From NCBI GenBank assembly GCA_964648665.1, contig CAZYOA010000001.1:112128-176127 (forward strand): DNA of 64,000 nucleotides, written 5' to 3'. This DNA comes from an uncultured Planctomycetales bacterium. GTDB lineage: Bacteria; Omnitrophota; Gorgyraeia; Zapsychrales; Aceulaceae. The first letter of the stretch is position 1, and every line of letters starts with the position of its first letter. Both the position numbers and the translations under genes were made by a program. Of the stretch, positions 1 to 11,671 are shown piece after piece. The notes under the pieces are model-generated. The model saw only the letters and a program-made list of their open reading frames with translations, was not told the DNA's origin and did no database searches.

Positions 1-2
1 AG

Positions 3-203
3 AAAGATGCTATTGTTATTGATGTTGGTATTAATCAGGTAGATCAAAAAGTTGTTGGAGATGTTGAGTTTGATGTCGCTAAAGAAAGGGCGTCATTTAT
101 TACGCCAGTTCCTGGAGGAGTAGGGCCAGTAACTGTTGTCATGCTAATGAAAAATGCATTTGAAGCGTTTAAGCTGCAAATAAAGGATGGTTTGACTTTA
201 TGA
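3..203 (+). CDS. folD: Methylenetetrahydrofolate dehydrogenase/cyclohydrolase FolD, C-terminal fragment (5' end lies outside the window)
   Basis: Frame 3 reads [56 protein letters not shown], the canonical FolD C-terminus (DVGIN ... [10 protein letters not shown]). Stop TGA at 201-203 overlaps the next ATG (ATGA). Confidence 0.9.
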   Translation, partial: KDAIVIDVGINQVDQKVVGDVEFDVAKERASFITPVPGGVGPVTVVMLMKNAFEAFKLQIKDGLTL

Positions 204-1525
204 AAAAGATTGTTTTGATTGGTAATTCTTTTATGAGCATTGCAGCAATCGAAGAGATTCGTGCTTATGATACAGAGAGCGAAATTGTTCTTTTTTGTCC
301 AGAGAACATTTTGCCTTACGACAGAGAGCGATTACCGTTAATCTTAAATAATACTTTTTCGATTAAAGATATTTATTGTCAGCAGAAAAATTATTTTGAT
401 GAAAAGAATGTTCGCGTTATATTAGACAAAAAGATTATTAAGATTCACCCTAAGAGAAAGCGTCTTATTTTTGATAATAAAGAACAAGAATCTTTTGATG
501 TTTTAATTATTGAAGATTCTGGATCTGTTGAGCCTGCAGATGTTAAGGGTGCAAAGAAGCAAGGTGTATTTTTACTTCATCAAGCAGAAGAAGTTGATCA
601 GGTTTTAAAAGCTGAATCTTTATCAGATGTTATTATTATTCAGCCGCAAAGCCTTGCTATGCTTCAGATTGCAATTTGTCTTAAGAAATCAAATAAAGAA
701 GTTATTGTTGTTTCTCAAGACAATTCATTGTTTTCAGATAGCATTTCTCTAGGAGCTGCAGATTTCTTAGAAAAACATTTAAAAAGTCTGGGGATTCGTG
801 TTATTACGAACAACGCAATTGTTGAAGTTTTAGGTGAAAGCGAAGCTAAAGCAGTTCGGCTTAAGACGGGCAAGGTTCTTGAGAGTCAGCTCGTGATTTT
901 AGAAAAGGCTAAAAAGAGTTTATCGCTTTTTTCTTTAGACGAAACACTTGCTGAAAGAAATAATTTTTATACAAAATTTGAAGACATCTTCATAGATAGC
1001 GATGTTGAAATTTCAAACAAAGAGAAAGATTCAGAAGAGTTTTTAAGAGAGTCAATTGCTTCTTATGAAAAAGGAAAAATGATTGCCTCAGCGATTTTAG
1101 GCTCTGATCAGATATATAAGAAATCATTTAACAAAAAAGATCTCATGTTTGATTCCTTGCGGATGGTTGTTCTCGGGGATCTAGGCCTTAAGGACGCGAT
1201 TGAGTACGAAGAAATTGATCGATTGAAACAATCCTATAGGAAGATTTTTATATTGGATGATGTTATTAAAGGTGTGGTTTTAATTAATTCTGATTGCGAA
1301 TTGTTAAAAATTGAGGGCATGATTAAAAATGAAATAAATATTTCACAATTAACTGGCCATGTATTAAGATTAAACTATAGCGTTGAGTCAGCAATCGTAG
1401 AAAATGTTAATTGCAATTTAACCGAGCAAATTCAAGAGCCGATTGATTCTAAGGATAATCCGCTAGAACCTAGTGAAGAGTTTGAGCCTAACCTCCAAAA
1501 CGATATGTCTAACCCGGAATATTAA
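200..1525 (+). CDS. Pyridine-nucleotide-disulfide-oxidoreductase-like protein with degenerate dinucleotide-binding motifs and an acidic C-terminal tail
   Basis: 441-aa ORF. The layout follows two-Rossmann FAD/NAD(P) oxidoreductases (KIVLIG....EIVLF.PE..LPY.R..L; DVLIIEDSG; second unit [29 protein letters not shown]). Both GxGxxG positions are replaced, by GNSFMS and QPQSLA. Confidence 0.45.
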   Translation: MKKIVLIGNSFMSIAAIEEIRAYDTESEIVLFCPENILPYDRERLPLILNNTFSIKDIYCQQKNYFDEKNVRVILDKKIIKIHPKRKRLIFDNKEQESFDVLIIEDSGSVEPADVKGAKKQGVFLLHQAEEVDQVLKAESLSDVIIIQPQSLAMLQIAICLKKSNKEVIVVSQDNSLFSDSISLGAADFLEKHLKSLGIRVITNNAIVEVLGESEAKAVRLKTGKVLESQLVILEKAKKSLSLFSLDETLAERNNFYTKFEDIFIDSDVEISNKEKDSEEFLRESIASYEKGKMIASAILGSDQIYKKSFNKKDLMFDSLRMVVLGDLGLKDAIEYEEIDRLKQSYRKIFILDDVIKGVVLINSDCELLKIEGMIKNEINISQLTGHVLRLNYSVESAIVENVNCNLTEQIQEPIDSKDNPLEPSEEFEPNLQNDMSNPEY

Positions 1526-1538
1526 AATACTTGTCAAT

Positions 1539-2399
1539 ATGAAGAAAATATATTATCCTATGTGTATCTATACATCGCCTATGAGAATCTTTTCCTTAAT
1601 CCTTGCCTTATTATTTGTTTCTATTATTTTTCATAACGAAGCTTTTGCGTACAACAAAGAGTTTGAGAAATATCGAGAGGAAGGACTTCGTGCGCAGCAA
1701 GAGGGGCTTCTTCAGGAAGCTTTGAACGATTATAATCGTGCTATTGAAGTCGATTCGACAGATCCAAGAATTTACAATGATATGGGTGTTGTTTATGAAC
1801 GCATGGGTAATTTGTATGAAGCTAAGCGAAATTATTTAAAAGCGCTTGAAATTAATGAACATTTTCTTCCTGCTTGTTCAAATTTGGCGTATCTTTATAA
1901 AAAGCAGGGTGACTTCTTAACATCAATAAAATATTTTAGAAAACGTATGAAACTGGGTGGGCCAAAAGATCCTTGGACTTTGGAAGCTGCTGATCAGCTT
2001 AGACAGTTAAGCGAGTTTTCGCCAGAACTAAAAAGATGGATTATGGCTATTGAAACAGATCTGCTTTCCCAAGAGATTAAAGACGTATCCAATGTTCTTG
2101 CTGAAGTTGAACAAAAAAGATTTGGTCAACAAGTTGTAGATATAAAGAAATATGTTGAACAGGCTCAAAGCCTTGAGCAAGATGGTTTGCATAAGGCTGC
2201 GTTAGCCGAGTGTGATCGAGCCGTGTCACTTGATCCTTATAATCAGAAATTAATGGAATATCGTAAAAGTATTATTTTAAAAATAAAGGCGGAGGAGATT
2301 AGAAGTAAAGTAAACACGGCGTTAAAAAGTTTAGAGTCTGGAGACACCGATTCCTCAGAAAAAGAATTTCGAAAGATACTTACCAATTTCCCAAGATAA
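1539..2399 (+). CDS. TPR-repeat protein with N-terminal signal/anchor
   Basis: The track ORF 1473-2399 overlaps the upstream gene. The Met at 1539 gives a hydrophobic N-terminus (MRIFSLILALLFVSIIFHNEAFA) followed by 34-aa TPR-like repeats (ALNDYNRAIEVDSTDPRIYNDMGVVYERMGNLYEAKRNYLKALEIN...). Confidence 0.7.
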   Translation: MKKIYYPMCIYTSPMRIFSLILALLFVSIIFHNEAFAYNKEFEKYREEGLRAQQEGLLQEALNDYNRAIEVDSTDPRIYNDMGVVYERMGNLYEAKRNYLKALEINEHFLPACSNLAYLYKKQGDFLTSIKYFRKRMKLGGPKDPWTLEAADQLRQLSEFSPELKRWIMAIETDLLSQEIKDVSNVLAEVEQKRFGQQVVDIKKYVEQAQSLEQDGLHKAALAECDRAVSLDPYNQKLMEYRKSIILKIKAEEIRSKVNTALKSLESGDTDSSEKEFRKILTNFPR

Positions 2400-2459
2400 C
2401 AAATCAACTTTCTTTTATATATAAGATATTACAAACAATCATTATAAATCCTTAATCAG

Positions 2460-5033
2460 ATGCCAAAATCTCGTCTTTTTCTAATTGATGCACATGCCCT
2501 TTGTTATCGATCGTTCTTTGCTGTTAAGAGCTTAACGACAAGCTATGGGCAGCCTACAAATGCTGTTGTAGGGTTCTTAAATACGTTGAAAAAGATTTTA
2601 AAAGACTACAAGCCTGAATATATTGTGGCATGTTTTGATGTTGGAAAGAAAACGCATCGACAAGAAAAGTTTTCAGAGTATAAAGTTCATCGACCATCAA
2701 TGCCAGATGATTTAATTAGCCAAATCCCTTTAATTAAGCAGCTTATTCTGGCGCATAATATTCCGGTTTTTGAGCTTGAAGGATTTGAAGCTGATGATTT
2801 GATTGCAACGATTTCAAGAAGCGCAGCAAAAAAAGATGTTGAGGTTGTCATCGTCAGTGGCGACAAAGATATGGTTCAGCTTTTAGATAAGAATATTAAG
2901 ATTTTTGATTATCGAAAGAATCAGATTATTGATCAAGAGCAGGCTCATGATATATATGGGTTTGAGCCAAAGAAAATTGTTGATTTTATAGGTTTGGCAG
3001 GAGATAAGACAGATAATATTCCAGGTGTTATGGGTGTTGGTAAAGTTACGGCAACTCGGCTAATTCAATCCTTTGGGGATCTTGAAAATATTTTAGACAA
3101 CTTGGATCAGCTAAAGTCACAGAAGATAGCAGAAAAAATACGCGATCAAAAAGATCAAGCTATTCTGAGCAAAGAGCTTGCTGTTTTAGACGATGATGTT
3201 CCAATTGATTTTAAATTAGATAATGCTAAAAAGATAGATCCAGACAATGAGCAATTATTTAAATTATTCCAAAAATTAGAATTTCGAAAACTTGCTGAAG
3301 AAGTTAGTGCGCCACAAGATCATACGAAGCCAGTTTTAGTAAAAACAATTGAGAGTAAAAAGGATTTTGATGTTCTTTGTCAGGCGATAAAAAAGAATAA
3401 GGTTTTTTCTTTTGTTGTTATGCAAAAAGAAGAAGATTTGCTTAATTCTGTTGAAATGATGTTAAGCCTTGAGGCGTCATGTTCGTTCTTGATTAATGAT
3501 GGTGATATAAATAATCTCAAAGAAGTTTTTGAATCAACTGATATTGTTAAAGTTTGTTATAACTTTAAGAAGGATTTGAAATTCTTGTTTGAACGTGATA
3601 TCGATTTAAACGGCGAGATTTTTGATGTTCTTTTAGCAGGATATCTTCTTGAGCCAACTCAATCGAATAATGATATTGCGTCATTGCTATGGAAGCATCT
3701 TAAGATATCATTCTCAGAAAAGAATGATATCGCTTCTCAGGCAGGATACTTGATTGATTTATTTATGGCACTTAAAAAAGAGCTTGATGATAAATCTCTT
3801 TTTAAATTATTTAAGGAAATCGAAATTCCATTAGCTCGTGTTTTGTTTTCCATTGAGCAGGAAGGTGTTTGTTTGGATGTGAAGTTTTTAAACAAGCTTT
3901 CATCGAGCATGAGCAAGAAGACAAAAGCTTTGACAGGAGAAATTTATAAGATTGCAGGGGAAGAGTTTAATCTAAATTCTCCTAAACAATTGAGTCATAT
4001 TTTGTTTGAGAAATTAAAGCTACCTGTTATCAAAAAGACAAAGACTGGATTCTCAACCAATGAAGACGTTTTGCATAGGCTTGCTGAAAAGCATGAGCTG
4101 CCAAATTTAATTTTGAGTTATCGTCAGTTGGCAAAATTGATATCGACTTATGTCGATGCATTGCCTAAGTTGGTTGACCCAAAGACATCGCGAATACATG
4201 GCGAGTTTGATCAGACAGGAACTGAGACGGGACGACTGAGTTCAAGAAATCCAAATTTGCAGAATATTCCTATTCGAACAGAATTTGGTCGCCAGATACG
4301 AAAAGCATTTATTCCAAGAGATAGTAATCATATTATTATTTCTGCGGATTATTCACAAATTGAGTTAAGGATTCTTGCACATTTGTCAAAAGATGAGGCT
4401 TTGATCAGTGCATTTAAGAATGATCAAGACATCCATGCGTTTACGGCGAGTTCTATTTTTAATGTCAAAGAAGCTGATATCGATACTGAAATGAGAATTC
4501 AGGCTAAAAGAGTTAATTTTGGGATTGTTTATGGAATAAGTGCGTTTGGATTAGCTAAGGATTTAGGTGTTAATCAGCTTGAAGCGCAAGATTTTATAGA
4601 TAAATATTTCTTACGTTATCCTGATGTTTTAAAATTTATGCAAAGTGAGATTGAAAAGGCAAGAGAAAATGGATTTGTTTTAACGCTTTTTAATCGACGA
4701 CGATATATCCCTGAAATTCATAGTGACAATATGATGATCCGTCAATTTGCTGAAAGACAGGCAATCAATACTCCAGTTCAAGGATCGGCGGCAGATTTAA
4801 TTAAATTGGCTATGATTAATGTTCAAGAAGCTATTGAGCGAAATAAATTGAAATCAAAGATAACGATTACAGTTCATGACGAGCTTGTTTTTGATGTGTT
4901 AAAAAGCGAGAAAGACGAGATGATTCATTTGATCAAAGAAGAAATGGAAGGTCCATTAAAGCTATCTGTTCCTATTAAGGTTAGCATAAAGGCAGGTAAT
5001 AATTGGCTTGAAACGAAGGAGGTTATTGTTTGA
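2460..5033 (+). CDS. polA: DNA polymerase I
   Basis: 857 aa. It has a 5'-nuclease N-terminus (LIDAHALCYRSFFA) and polymerase motifs A (ISADYSQIELRILAH), B (RIQAKRVNFGIVYG) and C (VHDELVF). The Exo I position of the 3'-5' exonuclease-like domain lacks the DxE pair (FSFVVMQKEE), so it is probably proofreading-deficient, as in Bst/Taq-type enzymes. Confidence 0.95.
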   Translation: MPKSRLFLIDAHALCYRSFFAVKSLTTSYGQPTNAVVGFLNTLKKILKDYKPEYIVACFDVGKKTHRQEKFSEYKVHRPSMPDDLISQIPLIKQLILAHNIPVFELEGFEADDLIATISRSAAKKDVEVVIVSGDKDMVQLLDKNIKIFDYRKNQIIDQEQAHDIYGFEPKKIVDFIGLAGDKTDNIPGVMGVGKVTATRLIQSFGDLENILDNLDQLKSQKIAEKIRDQKDQAILSKELAVLDDDVPIDFKLDNAKKIDPDNEQLFKLFQKLEFRKLAEEVSAPQDHTKPVLVKTIESKKDFDVLCQAIKKNKVFSFVVMQKEEDLLNSVEMMLSLEASCSFLINDGDINNLKEVFESTDIVKVCYNFKKDLKFLFERDIDLNGEIFDVLLAGYLLEPTQSNNDIASLLWKHLKISFSEKNDIASQAGYLIDLFMALKKELDDKSLFKLFKEIEIPLARVLFSIEQEGVCLDVKFLNKLSSSMSKKTKALTGEIYKIAGEEFNLNSPKQLSHILFEKLKLPVIKKTKTGFSTNEDVLHRLAEKHELPNLILSYRQLAKLISTYVDALPKLVDPKTSRIHGEFDQTGTETGRLSSRNPNLQNIPIRTEFGRQIRKAFIPRDSNHIIISADYSQIELRILAHLSKDEALISAFKNDQDIHAFTASSIFNVKEADIDTEMRIQAKRVNFGIVYGISAFGLAKDLGVNQLEAQDFIDKYFLRYPDVLKFMQSEIEKARENGFVLTLFNRRRYIPEIHSDNMMIRQFAERQAINTPVQGSAADLIKLAMINVQEAIERNKLKSKITITVHDELVFDVLKSEKDEMIHLIKEEMEGPLKLSVPIKVSIKAGNNWLETKEVIV

Positions 5034-6424
5034 AAGTAATCTTTTGCTCATCAGAGGTAATGCCGTTTGCAAAAACAGGGGGAATGGCTGATGTTGCTGG
5101 GTCTTTGCCTATAGCATTAAAGAATGACAATGTTGATATCTCTATTGTGATGCCGTTGTATCAGTGTGTTGATCAAAAGGCGTTTTCTTTGAAGCCTGTT
5201 ACAAAAAATGTTCTTAAAGGAAAATTAGACAATGTTGATATTTATTTTATTAAAAATGATAAATATTTTTCTCGTGTAGGACTTTATGGAGATTCCAAAG
5301 GAGATTATTCAGATAATTTAGAACGATTTTCATTCTTTTGTAAAAAGACGCTCGATTTTCTAAAGGAAGCTAATTTAAAGCCTGATGTTTTGCATTGTAA
5401 TGATTGGCAGACAGGATTGATTTCTATATATTTGAAAAGTATTTTTGCTAGAGACGAATTTTTCGCCGGAACAAAAACAATCTTAACAATTCATAATTTA
5501 GCTTATCAGGGAGTTTTTAAATCAAAAGAATTTTCAAATACAGGATTAGATGTATCCTTAAATAGTTCTGATGCGTTGGAATTTTATAATCAAATCAATT
5601 TGCTTAAAGGTGGAATTGTTTTTAGTGACATCATAACAACTGTAAGCCCTCAACATGCTAAAGAAATTCGAGAAAAAGAATTTGGCTGCGGTCTCGAAGG
5701 TGTTATCAATCACCGAGGAGATCATGTTTATGGAATTTTAAATGGCATTGATGTCGATACTTGGAATCCAGAGAAAGATGAGATGATTGCTAAGCAATAT
5801 TCTGCACATCGACCTTTGGGCAAGAAAGAAAATAAAAAAGCTCTGCAAGAGCTTTGCGGTTTTGAAGCAAGAGAGGATGTTCCTCTTTTTGGATTCGTGG
5901 GAAGGCTTTCAGCGCAAAAGGGTATTGATTTATTGTCGCAGGCGTTACCCGAGATTTCAAAAATGGATATTCAAATTATTTTTCAAGGAGTTGGAGAGCA
6001 AAAATATATTGATATGTTGAATGCTTTTCAGAAAAAATATCCAAAGAAGATTTCGATTCAAATTAAGTTTGATGAAGTTTTAGCACATCAAATTTATGCA
6101 GGATCAGATTTATTTTTAATTCCATCCGTCTATGAGCCTTGTGGGTTAAGTCAGATGATTAGTTTTCGATACGGCACAGTACCTGTGGTTTATACGACTG
6201 GTGGTTTAGTTGATACGGTTATGCCAATTTGTGAAAAATCAAAGAAAGGTGATGGATTTGTTTTTTCATCATACGATAAAGATGCTGTACTGAAAGCATT
6301 TCAGTCTGCTGTTGAGATGTATGCAAAAAAGAATATTTTTGATGATTTGATTTCCAGGATTATGAAATATGACTTTTCTTGGGCAACTTCAGCTCATGAA
6401 TACAAAAAGATTTATAGCGCATGA
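5030..6424 (+). CDS. glgA: Glycogen/starch synthase (ADP-glucose type)
   Basis: 464 aa with the N-terminal KTGG motif (PFAKTGGMADV) and a GT5 layout with a C-terminal EPCGL-type motif (YEPCGLSQM). ATGA overlap with polA. Confidence 0.9.
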   Translation: MKVIFCSSEVMPFAKTGGMADVAGSLPIALKNDNVDISIVMPLYQCVDQKAFSLKPVTKNVLKGKLDNVDIYFIKNDKYFSRVGLYGDSKGDYSDNLERFSFFCKKTLDFLKEANLKPDVLHCNDWQTGLISIYLKSIFARDEFFAGTKTILTIHNLAYQGVFKSKEFSNTGLDVSLNSSDALEFYNQINLLKGGIVFSDIITTVSPQHAKEIREKEFGCGLEGVINHRGDHVYGILNGIDVDTWNPEKDEMIAKQYSAHRPLGKKENKKALQELCGFEAREDVPLFGFVGRLSAQKGIDLLSQALPEISKMDIQIIFQGVGEQKYIDMLNAFQKKYPKKISIQIKFDEVLAHQIYAGSDLFLIPSVYEPCGLSQMISFRYGTVPVVYTTGGLVDTVMPICEKSKKGDGFVFSSYDKDAVLKAFQSAVEMYAKKNIFDDLISRIMKYDFSWATSAHEYKKIYSA

Positions 6425-7008
6425 ATGTGATAGGTATTACAGGAAGCATGGGAAGCGGCAAGACAACAGCTGCAGATTTCTTTAAAAAAAGGGGGATCAA
6501 AGTTTTTGATGCGGATAAAATTGCAAAAGATTTAATTCGCCCTGGTCAACCATGCTTTAATCTTATTGTGCGTTATTTTGGATCTGAGATTTTAATAGGA
6601 AATGAAATTGATCGAAAAAAGATGGCAGGTATTGTCTTTAGAAGCAAAAAACATTTGAATAAACTTTGTTCAATTGTTCATCCTGAGGTTATTCGAGTTA
6701 TAAAGAAAGAAATTAGAAAGGCGAAATCAAAAAAGAATATTGTTTTAGACGTACCGCTTTTATATGAATCAGGAATAGATAAGTTGTGCGATGTTGTTAT
6801 AGTTGTTCGTTCTACACAAAGTCAACAAGTTGAGCGTGTTCACAAGAAAACAGGCCTTGCGAAATCAGAAATTTTAAGACGTATTCGTATGCAAATGCCA
6901 ATTCAGGCAAAGATGCAAAGGGCCGATTATATCATAGATAATAGAAAAACTTTAAATCAAACAAAAATACAAGCTGAGGATTTATGCAAAAAAGTTCTGA
7001 ACAAGTGA
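6421..7008 (+). CDS. coaE: Dephospho-CoA kinase
   Basis: 195 aa with P-loop [12 protein letters not shown] at the N-terminus. Length and layout are typical of CoaE. Confidence 0.85.
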   Translation: MNVIGITGSMGSGKTTAADFFKKRGIKVFDADKIAKDLIRPGQPCFNLIVRYFGSEILIGNEIDRKKMAGIVFRSKKHLNKLCSIVHPEVIRVIKKEIRKAKSKKNIVLDVPLLYESGIDKLCDVVIVVRSTQSQQVERVHKKTGLAKSEILRRIRMQMPIQAKMQRADYIIDNRKTLNQTKIQAEDLCKKVLNK

Positions 7009-7025
7009 AAAGAGGAGAAAATAAA

Positions 7026-8312
7026 ATGGCAAAACCAGCCAATAAAAACACAGATAAGCTTTTTATCGATGAGTTGAAAGATATGAAGATGTCTGAGCTT
7101 ACGCAAATTGCAAAGGAAATGAAGATTGCTGATCTTAGTGGCATTAAGAAGCAAGATTTGATTCTTAAGATTCTTCAGGCTCAAGCTGAAAAAGAGGGAT
7201 TGATGTTTGGCGCTGGAACCTTAGAGGTTTTATCTGAAGGTTTTGGTTTTTTAAGAAATTCAAATTATAATTATCTTCCGTGTCCAGATGATATTTATAT
7301 TTCGCCATCACAAATTCGCAAGTTTAATTTAAAAACTGGGGATAATGTTAGTGGTCAGATTCGCCCGCCGAAAGAGGGGGAGAAATATTTTGCTCTTCTT
7401 AAGGTTGAAGCTGTTAATTTTGAAAGTCCAGAAAAATGTAAGGATAAGATTCTTTTTGACCATTTAACACCTTTATATCCACAAGATAGATTTTTGCTTG
7501 AGACAACACGTGAAGAAGTTTCAACGCGTGTTATGGATTTGCTTTCTCCTCTTGGAAAAGGACAAAGAGCGTTGATTGTCGCTCCTCCTTATAGTGGAAA
7601 AACTGTTTTGATGCAGAAGGTTGCCAATGCGATTACGCAAAACCATCCTGATGCTATTTTGATTGTTTTGCTTATTGATGAGCGACCAGAAGAAGTTACG
7701 GATATGCAAAGAAGTGTTAAGGGTGAGGTTGTTGCCTCGACTTTTGACGAACCGGCAGAGCGTCATGTTCAGATTGCAGAAATTGTTTTAGAGAAGGCAA
7801 AGCGATTAGTTGAACATAAGAGAGATGTTGTTATCCTTCTTGATAGTATTACACGCTTAGCCCGTGCGTATAACACTGTTGTTCCGCATAGTGGAAAGAT
7901 TTTATCTGGTGGTGTGGACTCAAACGCATTGCATAAGCCAAAAAGATTCTTTGGTGCTGCTCGTAATGTTGAAGAAGGTGGAAGCTTAACGATCATTGCA
8001 ACAGGTTTAGTTGATACAGGAAGTCGCATGGATGAGGTTATCTTTGAGGAATTCAAAGGAACTGGCAACATGGAGCTTCAGCTTGACCGAACGCTGTTTC
8101 AGCGTAGAATATATCCTGCAATCGACATTAAAAGGTCTAATACAAGACATGAGGAACTTTTGATACCAGAAAATGATTTACAGAGAATCTGGCTTCTTCG
8201 AAAAGCTCTTAATGATCTTAATTTAGCGGAAGCAATGGATCTTTTGATTGCAAAGTTAAGAAGGTTTAAATCAAATTCAGAATTTTTAGATAACATGAAC
8301 AAAGCTGACTAA
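7026..8312 (+). CDS. rho: Transcription termination factor Rho
   Basis: Rho N-terminal domain, cold-shock-like RNA-binding motif (GFGFLR), Walker A (APPYSGKT), and Q/R loop region. Start moved from the track's 6984 to ATG 7026, which follows a GAGGAG RBS (7012-7017) and avoids overlap with coaE. Confidence 0.95.
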   Translation: MAKPANKNTDKLFIDELKDMKMSELTQIAKEMKIADLSGIKKQDLILKILQAQAEKEGLMFGAGTLEVLSEGFGFLRNSNYNYLPCPDDIYISPSQIRKFNLKTGDNVSGQIRPPKEGEKYFALLKVEAVNFESPEKCKDKILFDHLTPLYPQDRFLLETTREEVSTRVMDLLSPLGKGQRALIVAPPYSGKTVLMQKVANAITQNHPDAILIVLLIDERPEEVTDMQRSVKGEVVASTFDEPAERHVQIAEIVLEKAKRLVEHKRDVVILLDSITRLARAYNTVVPHSGKILSGGVDSNALHKPKRFFGAARNVEEGGSLTIIATGLVDTGSRMDEVIFEEFKGTGNMELQLDRTLFQRRIYPAIDIKRSNTRHEELLIPENDLQRIWLLRKALNDLNLAEAMDLLIAKLRRFKSNSEFLDNMNKAD

Positions 8313-8333
8313 TTAATTAGGAGATAAAAAATA

Positions 8334-8540
8334 ATGAAAAAAGAAACACATCCAAAATACGAAGAAACAACGATTGCATGCGCATGTGGTGAGCTTATCC
8401 ATACGCGATCAACAAGGAAAAATATCCATGTTGAAATTTGCTCAAAGTGCCATCCATACTTTACAGGTGATAAGAAGTTTGTTGATACAGCAGGACGAAT
8501 TGATCGATTTAAGAAACGTTATTCGAAAAAGAATAAATAA
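8334..8540 (+). CDS. rpmE: 50S ribosomal protein L31
   Basis: 68 aa, MKKETHPKY...[10 protein letters not shown], the classic L31 signature. AGGAG RBS upstream. Confidence 0.9.
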   Translation: MKKETHPKYEETTIACACGELIHTRSTRKNIHVEICSKCHPYFTGDKKFVDTAGRIDRFKKRYSKKNK

Positions 8541-8548
8541 GTGCATCT

Positions 8549-9610
8549 ATGAATCTTGATAAAATCAAGAAAGCTCAAGATCGATATAAAGAGCTTGAAC
8601 AGCTTTTAGCTGATCCTGATGTTTTTGCAGATAACAAGAAATATCAATCTCTTGCAAAAGAGATTTCTGATCTTACAGAGCTTGTTTCTATCTCAAATCA
8701 ATACCAAAAGTATGTTGATCAAAAGAAAGATCTTGAAGATCTTTTAAAGGAAAAACATGATCAAGAGTTTGAGCAATTAGCGCTTATTGAGCTTAAAGAT
8801 TTAGATGGGCAGATCAAAAGCTTAGAGACAGTTCTTCATAATATTCTTAATCCTAAAATACATGAAAAGGATCGAGACATCATTATGGAAATTCGCGCTG
8901 GTACAGGTGGTGCTGAAGCTGCGCTTTTTGCTGGTGATCTTTATCGAATGTATAGCAAATATGCTGCGATTAAGAATTGGAAATTTGATCTTATGAATAG
9001 TCATCCAGCTGAGGCTGGTGGCTTTAAAGAAATTGTTTTTGGCATTAAAGGAAAAGGTGCTTGGAAGCGTTTAAAATTAGAAAGCGGAGCACATCGGGTG
9101 CAACGCGTTCCGACTACGGAAGCTTCAGGGCGTATTCATACTTCTGCCGCAACAGTTGTTGTTTTATCTGAGCCCGAAGAAGTTGAGCTTAACATTGATC
9201 CTAAAAATCTTAAGATTGATGTTTTTCGTGCATCAGGGCCAGGTGGTCAAAGTGTCAACACGACGGATTCAGCTATTCGCATTACACATCTTCCGACAGG
9301 CGTTGTTGTTATTTGTCAAGACGAGCGATCACAATTAAAAAATAAAATGAGGGCAATGCGTGTTTTACGTGCTCGAATTTTAGACCGCCTTCAACAGGAA
9401 AGTGCAAACAAAGAATCTCAGGAAAGAAAAGCAAAGGTTGGCACTGGAGATCGAAGCGAAAAGATTCGCACGTATAACTTTCCAGATCGTAGAATTACGG
9501 ATCACCGCATTGGCTTTACAACGCATCAGCTTCCTGGTGTTTTGGATGGGAATTTTGACGAGATTGCAGATGCTCTTATTTTGGCTGAAGAAGAAAATGA
9601 GAATGAATAA
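8549..9610 (+). CDS. prfA: Peptide chain release factor 1
   Basis: GGQ motif ([11 protein letters not shown]) and the RF1-type segment [21 protein letters not shown]. 353 aa. Confidence 0.95.
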   Translation: MNLDKIKKAQDRYKELEQLLADPDVFADNKKYQSLAKEISDLTELVSISNQYQKYVDQKKDLEDLLKEKHDQEFEQLALIELKDLDGQIKSLETVLHNILNPKIHEKDRDIIMEIRAGTGGAEAALFAGDLYRMYSKYAAIKNWKFDLMNSHPAEAGGFKEIVFGIKGKGAWKRLKLESGAHRVQRVPTTEASGRIHTSAATVVVLSEPEEVELNIDPKNLKIDVFRASGPGGQSVNTTDSAIRITHLPTGVVVICQDERSQLKNKMRAMRVLRARILDRLQQESANKESQERKAKVGTGDRSEKIRTYNFPDRRITDHRIGFTTHQLPGVLDGNFDEIADALILAEEENENE

Positions 9611-10410
9611 TGAATGAACAGGAATTGATTTTAACGTCTGTTTTAAAGTGTCAGCGAGTTGATTTGTATGCTAAAGATATCGATATGTCTGATTCGCAAA
9701 AACAAGAAATTCAGAAAATTAAGGATCGACGTCTTTTGGGAGAACCTGTTCAATACATTTTAAATTCGAGTGATTTTATGGGAGATCCTTTTTATGTGGA
9801 TTCAAATGTTTTAATTCCTCGTCCAGAAACAGAGATTTTAGTTGAGTCTATTTTAAACAAAATTGAGAATGAAAAATTAAAGAATATACAGATTTTAGAT
9901 ATAGGAACGGGAAGCGGAAATATTATTATAAGTTTAGCGAAACGAATTGAGAGTGCGAACTTTGTTGCTATGGATATTTCTAAAAAAGCTTTGGCTGTCG
10001 CACAGCGTAATGCTAAACATCACAATGTTGAAGCTAAAATAAATTTCATTTCTCGGGATATTTTAATAAATCAAGAATGTTTAGAATGGAATAAAAAGTT
10101 TGATATAATAATATCAAATCCACCGTATGTTCGTTCAGATGATATTGCTGGTTTATCAAGTGAAGTTCAGAATGAACCTCGACTTGCTTTAGATGGTGGA
10201 GATGATGGTCTTAAATTTTACAGAGTGATTGCTAAGAAATCTACTAATTGGTTATCGGATCGAGGCGAGGTTTTTTTAGAAATTGGAGATGGTCAGGAAA
10301 AAGATATTGAATCAATTTTTTGTGCTGACAAATCTTTTGTTTTAAAGAAATCTATTAATGATTATATGAATATGAACCGTATTTTGATTTTGGAGAAAAC
10401 ACATGCATAA
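9610..10410 (+). CDS. prmC: Release-factor glutamine N5-methyltransferase
   Basis: SAM-binding LDIGTGSG and catalytic NPPY (IISNPPYV). TAATG overlap with prfA, the conserved prfA-prmC pairing. Confidence 0.85.
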   Translation: MNEQELILTSVLKCQRVDLYAKDIDMSDSQKQEIQKIKDRRLLGEPVQYILNSSDFMGDPFYVDSNVLIPRPETEILVESILNKIENEKLKNIQILDIGTGSGNIIISLAKRIESANFVAMDISKKALAVAQRNAKHHNVEAKINFISRDILINQECLEWNKKFDIIISNPPYVRSDDIAGLSSEVQNEPRLALDGGDDGLKFYRVIAKKSTNWLSDRGEVFLEIGDGQEKDIESIFCADKSFVLKKSINDYMNMNRILILEKTHA

Positions 10411-11671
10411 AATAGTCATTGAGGGTGGAAGACGATTAAAAGGCGAAGTTAATGTTAGCGGGGCAAAAAATTCTGCTTTGCCAATTATGGCGGCAACGCT
10501 TTTGACAGATGATGCGTGTATTATTCGAAATGTACCAAAGTTACGTGATACAGAGACAATGGTAAAGCTTCTAGAATCTTTAGGGAAAAACGTTGATGTC
10601 AGGGGTAATATTGTTAAGGTTTCTTCTAGGGGGCCTTTAAAAGATACAGCGTCTTACGACCTTGTTTCAACAATGCGTGGTTCTTTTTGCGTCTTAGGGC
10701 CCTTGCTTGCAAAATTAAAACGTGCGAAAGTTTCTTTGCCGGGTGGATGTGTTATTGGCGTTAGACCTGTTGATCTGCATCTTAAGGGACTCAAAGCTTT
10801 AAATGCAAAGATTGAAGTTGAAAACGGATATGTTTTAGCAAGAACGACAAAGCTCAAAGGAGCTCGAATTTATTTAGGTGGAGTTTTTGGTTCTTCAGTT
10901 TTGGCAACGGCAAATATTTTAATGGCAGCTGTTTTGGCTGAAGGCGTTACAATCATCGAACCTGCAGCGTGCGAGCCAGAGATTGAAGATTTGGCTAATT
11001 TCTTGATTCAGATGGGAGCTAATATCCAAGGTCAGGGTACGCCAAGATTGACTGTTATTGGTGTTAAAAAACTTCACGGAACAGATCATCGTATTATCCC
11101 TGATCGCATTGAAGCAGGAACTTTCATTTTGATGGGAGTTGCAACAAAAAGCGATATTCTTGTACGTGGCGCTTGCCAAGATCACCTTTTGGCATTGATT
11201 GATACTCTAGAGAACGCTGGTGTAAAGTTTGAATTTACCGAAGATACAATTCGGGCAAAAGTGATAACAGACATTTTGCCAACAAGCATTACAACATATC
11301 CTTATCCCGGTTTTCCTACGGACTTGCAAGCGCAATTTATGGCATTGATGGCGCTAACTCCTGGTGTGAGCGTTATTACAGATAAGGTTTATCCAGATCG
11401 ATTTATTCATATTGCAGAACTTAATCGTATGGGCGCAAATATTAGACGAGAGGGAATGAATGGAATCATTCAAGGTGTAAAAACAATTTATGGTGCCCCT
11501 GTTATGGCGTCAGATCTAAGGGCTTCAGCTGCACTTGTTATTGCTGGTCTTGCGGCAAAAGGAACGACTGAGATCCAACGTGTTTATCATCTTGAAAGAG
11601 GATATGAAAATCTTGAAAAGAAATTAATTGCTCTTGGGGCAAAGATTTCAAGGAAGAAAAGTAAGATATGA
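10403..11671 (+). CDS. murA: UDP-N-acetylglucosamine 1-carboxyvinyltransferase
   Basis: 422 aa with the N-terminal [12 protein letters not shown] motif and the active-site Cys loop [15 protein letters not shown]. Confidence 0.95.
   Translation: MHKIVIEGGRRLKGEVNVSGAKNSALPIMAATLLTDDACIIRNVPKLRDTETMVKLLESLGKNVDVRGNIVKVSSRGPLKDTASYDLVSTMRGSFCVLGPLLAKLKRAKVSLPGGCVIGVRPVDLHLKGLKALNAKIEVENGYVLARTTKLKGARIYLGGVFGSSVLATANILMAAVLAEGVTIIEPAACEPEIEDLANFLIQMGANIQGQGTPRLTVIGVKKLHGTDHRIIPDRIEAGTFILMGVATKSDILVRGACQDHLLALIDTLENAGVKFEFTEDTIRAKVITDILPTSITTYPYPGFPTDLQAQFMALMALTPGVSVITDKVYPDRFIHIAELNRMGANIRREGMNGIIQGVKTIYGAPVMASDLRASAALVIAGLAAKGTTEIQRVYHLERGYENLEKKLIALGAKISRKKSKI

Noticed and set aside
6984-7025. 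Upstream in-frame starts of rho (6984), the TPR protein (1473), recJ (38688), the rodZ-like gene (62026) and the HD-GYP gene (50897).
   Set aside because: Each extension overlaps the preceding gene or a promoter element and lacks an RBS, while a downstream start is preceded by a good RBS. Start coordinates were adjusted accordingly, with moderate certainty.
7521-8302. Antisense ORFs of 67-100 aa inside rho (7521-7766, 7769-8071, 8099-8302).
   Set aside because: They lie entirely within a confidently identified gene on the opposite strand, and their products are low-complexity with no motifs. They are typical shadow ORFs.
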